Origin: Terriglobia bacterium
GTDB taxonomy: Bacteria > Acidobacteriota > Terriglobia > 20CM-2-55-15
DNA length: 64,000 nucleotides
Direction: 5' to 3'
NCBI GenBank assembly: GCA_963664115.2
Contig: CAXWPJ010000010.1
Location: 224,001 to 288,000, forward strand
Position numbers and translations under genes: made by a program. Below are positions 61,688-64,000 of this stretch, one piece after another; within the stretch, counting starts at the first letter, position 1, and the number at the start of each line of letters is the position of its first letter. The notes below the pieces were generated by a model. The model was not told where the DNA came from. It worked only from the letters and a program-made list of their open reading frames with translations, and did not search any database.

Positions 61688-63863
61688 CGATTATGACGGC
61701 ACGTTTTTCCACCGCGCGATTCCAGATTTTGTTCTTCAAGGAGGCGGTTTCAGTCTGGGGTCCGATGGCGTACTGTCTGAAGTCACCTCAGATCCTCCGG
61801 TTAACAATGAATTCCGTCTCTCGAATATCCGTGGAACCGTTGCAATGGCTAAACTCGGGGGAAATCCCAACAGCGCAACCAATCAATGGTTTATCAACCT
61901 CGTCGATAATTCCGCAATTTTGGACGCTCAGAACGGTGGATTCACCGTGTTCGCTCGCGTGATTGGCGACGGCATGGACGTCGTCGATGCGATCGTGGCA
62001 CAGCCGATATTTGATTTTGGCGACACTTTTACGGACACCCCGACGATTAACTATTCTCAAGGTGATACTGTCCTGCGTGAAAATTTTGTAAACATAAACA
62101 GCATGACGGTCATCGAAACTACTTTGACGTCAACGGGCACAGCCACACCGGCGTCTGTGCGAACCGGAGCATCCGTGCTGTTCACAGTGACCGTCACACC
62201 CGGCACAAACCCTGCAAGCACAGGTATCACCGTCACGGCCGACCTGACTTCGATTGGAGGATCCACCGCACAGGCGCTGTTCGACGACGGCACAAACGGC
62301 GACGTCACAGCGGGAGATAACGTCTTCTCCTTTCTGGCGAACGTGCCAAGTGGCGTCACCTCTGGCGACCAGTCGATCAGTGTCAGCGTGAGCGATGCAA
62401 TTTCCCGCAGCGGAACGACGTCGGTCGCTCTAACGGTGTCGGCGGGTCAGACGTTCTCCATCACCGACAGGGCTGCGGTTTCTCTCTCTTCCGAGGGTGC
62501 GTCAGCAACTCCTGTCTTCGGATATGGGCACGTGGAAGCCGACGACGGGATGACCCCACCGGCGGGGCTGGCGATGTTGAGACTACGTGTTGGAGAAGTG
62601 CTCGTCACCGAGGCTGCCATGTCAGCGGCTCTCCCAATCAAGAGAAGCCGAATCTATGCCGAGGTGGATGGCTCAGAAAACGCCGCGGTGGTCATTAACA
62701 ACCCTAACGACGAGACAGCCTCCGTTTCTTTTTTCTTTACCGACAGCGAGGGTAATGACTTCGGGGGGGGCGACTTTCCGATTGGGGCAAATGAACAGAT
62801 GATCGGGTTGCTCGATCAAGCTCCCTTTAACGGACCTTCATCCTTGAATGGAACCTTGACGCTTGACGCTTCACTCACAGTCTCTGTCATCGCCGTGCGT
62901 GTCCTCGTCAATGAGCGTGAGGAGTTCTTGCTGACGCCCTTGCCAATAGTCGACCTGGACAGCCCCGGCTCCGAAGACGGGATCTTGTTCCCTCTGTTTA
63001 CGGCTAACGGAGGTTGGAGCAGCCAAGTCGTGCTTGTGAATCCAACAGACACTACTTTAACGGGCACCGTTGAGTTCAAGATTCTGGGCGGCGGGGAAAC
63101 GGCCGTCACGGTCGATAGTGTCGCCGGGACTTCTTTTAACTACTCGATCTCTCCGCGATCATCCCAGAACATGGCGGTGTCTAATGTGTCTCCTTCCCTT
63201 ACCCTGGGGTGGGTGGAGGTCACACCTACAGGTAGCAGCACACCTTCTGGAACAACGATAATTTCCTTTAGCGATGGAGCAGTCACGTTGTCAGAGGCAG
63301 GTGTGCCCGCCGTCCCCGCCGGAAACGCATTTCGACTTTATTCGGAGGTGTCGGGGGATTTTTTCGCTGGTGAATTGGGAGCTATTCAAACCTTCCTGAG
63401 CATAGCGAATGTTTCATCGGATACAGCCACGATCACTATTCAGCCCTATGGACTGGACGGGACATCAGTCGGACTAACCGGCACTCTTCTACTTCCCGAA
63501 AACGGTCAGGCGGCGGTGTTCCTGAATCAGGTGCCCGGTCTTGAAGCACTCCCGATACCGTTCCTGGGTGTTCTGCGTGTTTTGAGCACAACATCCATTT
63601 CTGTGACCGGGGTTCAAGCGCGTTTTAACGAACGCTTTGAGTTTTTGTTTACCGCCACTGGGCCTGTGGATGAAACGGCACCCGAAATAACCTCTGATGT
63701 GTTCTTCCCTTTCTTGGCTGACGGCGGCGGTTGGAGCAGCGAGTTCGTCTTATTTAGTGGTGCGGAAGGCCAGGATTCGTCGGGGAGGCTGAGATTCATC
63801 GATTCGAACGGGGACGCTCTCGATCTGTCGGTGTCTTCGACTTCGCCTCAAACAACACCCTGA
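61590..63863 (+). CDS. cyclophilin-type peptidyl-prolyl isomerase fused to large extracellular beta-rich domains; start obscured
   Basis: APNTVANF, FFHRAIPDFVLQGGG, RGTVAMA, QWFINL; LFDDGTNGDVTAGD motif. Confidence 0.85.
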   Translation: MPTFLNYIRDGIELLDDVAPNTVANFLNYIRDGDYDGTFFHRAIPDFVLQGGGFSLGSDGVLSEVTSDPPVNNEFRLSNIRGTVAMAKLGGNPNSATNQWFINLVDNSAILDAQNGGFTVFARVIGDGMDVVDAIVAQPIFDFGDTFTDTPTINYSQGDTVLRENFVNINSMTVIETTLTSTGTATPASVRTGASVLFTVTVTPGTNPASTGITVTADLTSIGGSTAQALFDDGTNGDVTAGDNVFSFLANVPSGVTSGDQSISVSVSDAISRSGTTSVALTVSAGQTFSITDRAAVSLSSEGASATPVFGYGHVEADDGMTPPAGLAMLRLRVGEVLVTEAAMSAALPIKRSRIYAEVDGSENAAVVINNPNDETASVSFFFTDSEGNDFGGGDFPIGANEQMIGLLDQAPFNGPSSLNGTLTLDASLTVSVIAVRVLVNEREEFLLTPLPIVDLDSPGSEDGILFPLFTANGGWSSQVVLVNPTDTTLTGTVEFKILGGGETAVTVDSVAGTSFNYSISPRSSQNMAVSNVSPSLTLGWVEVTPTGSSTPSGTTIISFSDGAVTLSEAGVPAVPAGNAFRLYSEVSGDFFAGELGAIQTFLSIANVSSDTATITIQPYGLDGTSVGLTGTLLLPENGQAAVFLNQVPGLEALPIPFLGVLRVLSTTSISVTGVQARFNERFEFLFTATGPVDETAPEITSDVFFPFLADGGGWSSEFVLFSGAEGQDSSGRLRFIDSNGDALDLSVSSTSPQTTP

Positions 63864-64000
63864 ATACTGGTTCCTGCTGCAAATTCCAGCGTGGGAGGGG
63901 GCGGCGGCCCCCCCGACGCTAATTAACGACCGTGATCGGTCCAGGTGCCGGACGGTCGACGCCCTCGACGACGTCCAGTCCTTCTCCTATCCAATCGCGG

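Overview
A 64 kb GC-rich bacterial accessory region; the gene content suggests Acidobacteriota (inference). Positions ~2-29 kb are organised by strictly minus-strand pieces of one Ser/Thr kinase + TolB-like propeller gene family: one intact gene (24476-27145), four N-terminal stubs and ten orphan C-terminal tails ending EELKERVPVP*-like. Most tails are followed by a conserved ~40 bp bulged palindrome (AATTCTCAAnGTCCGnnAAGATGATTTnTCAGGACTTGA), and unrelated cargo genes lie between these junctions like a cassette array. Two IS1111-type (IS110 family) elements have inserted into this palindrome, and their 3' non-coding RNA regions carry segments matching the target and donor junctions. Two cargo genes look like unannotated selenoproteins, each with an in-frame TGA followed by a SECIS-like hairpin: an ArsC/Spx-like UxxC protein and a ~726 aa beta-propeller. 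Also present: IS1380, IS630, IS3 (two full copies plus one remnant), an IS1182-like remnant, a MITE, a degenerate tRNA-Asn, an inactivated hicBA pair, an Fe(III)-type ABC transporter, an octaheme cytochrome c, a Tat flavoprotein, a MoxR/DUF58/transglutaminase operon and a cyclophilin fusion. All calls come from reading the sequence; no searches were run.
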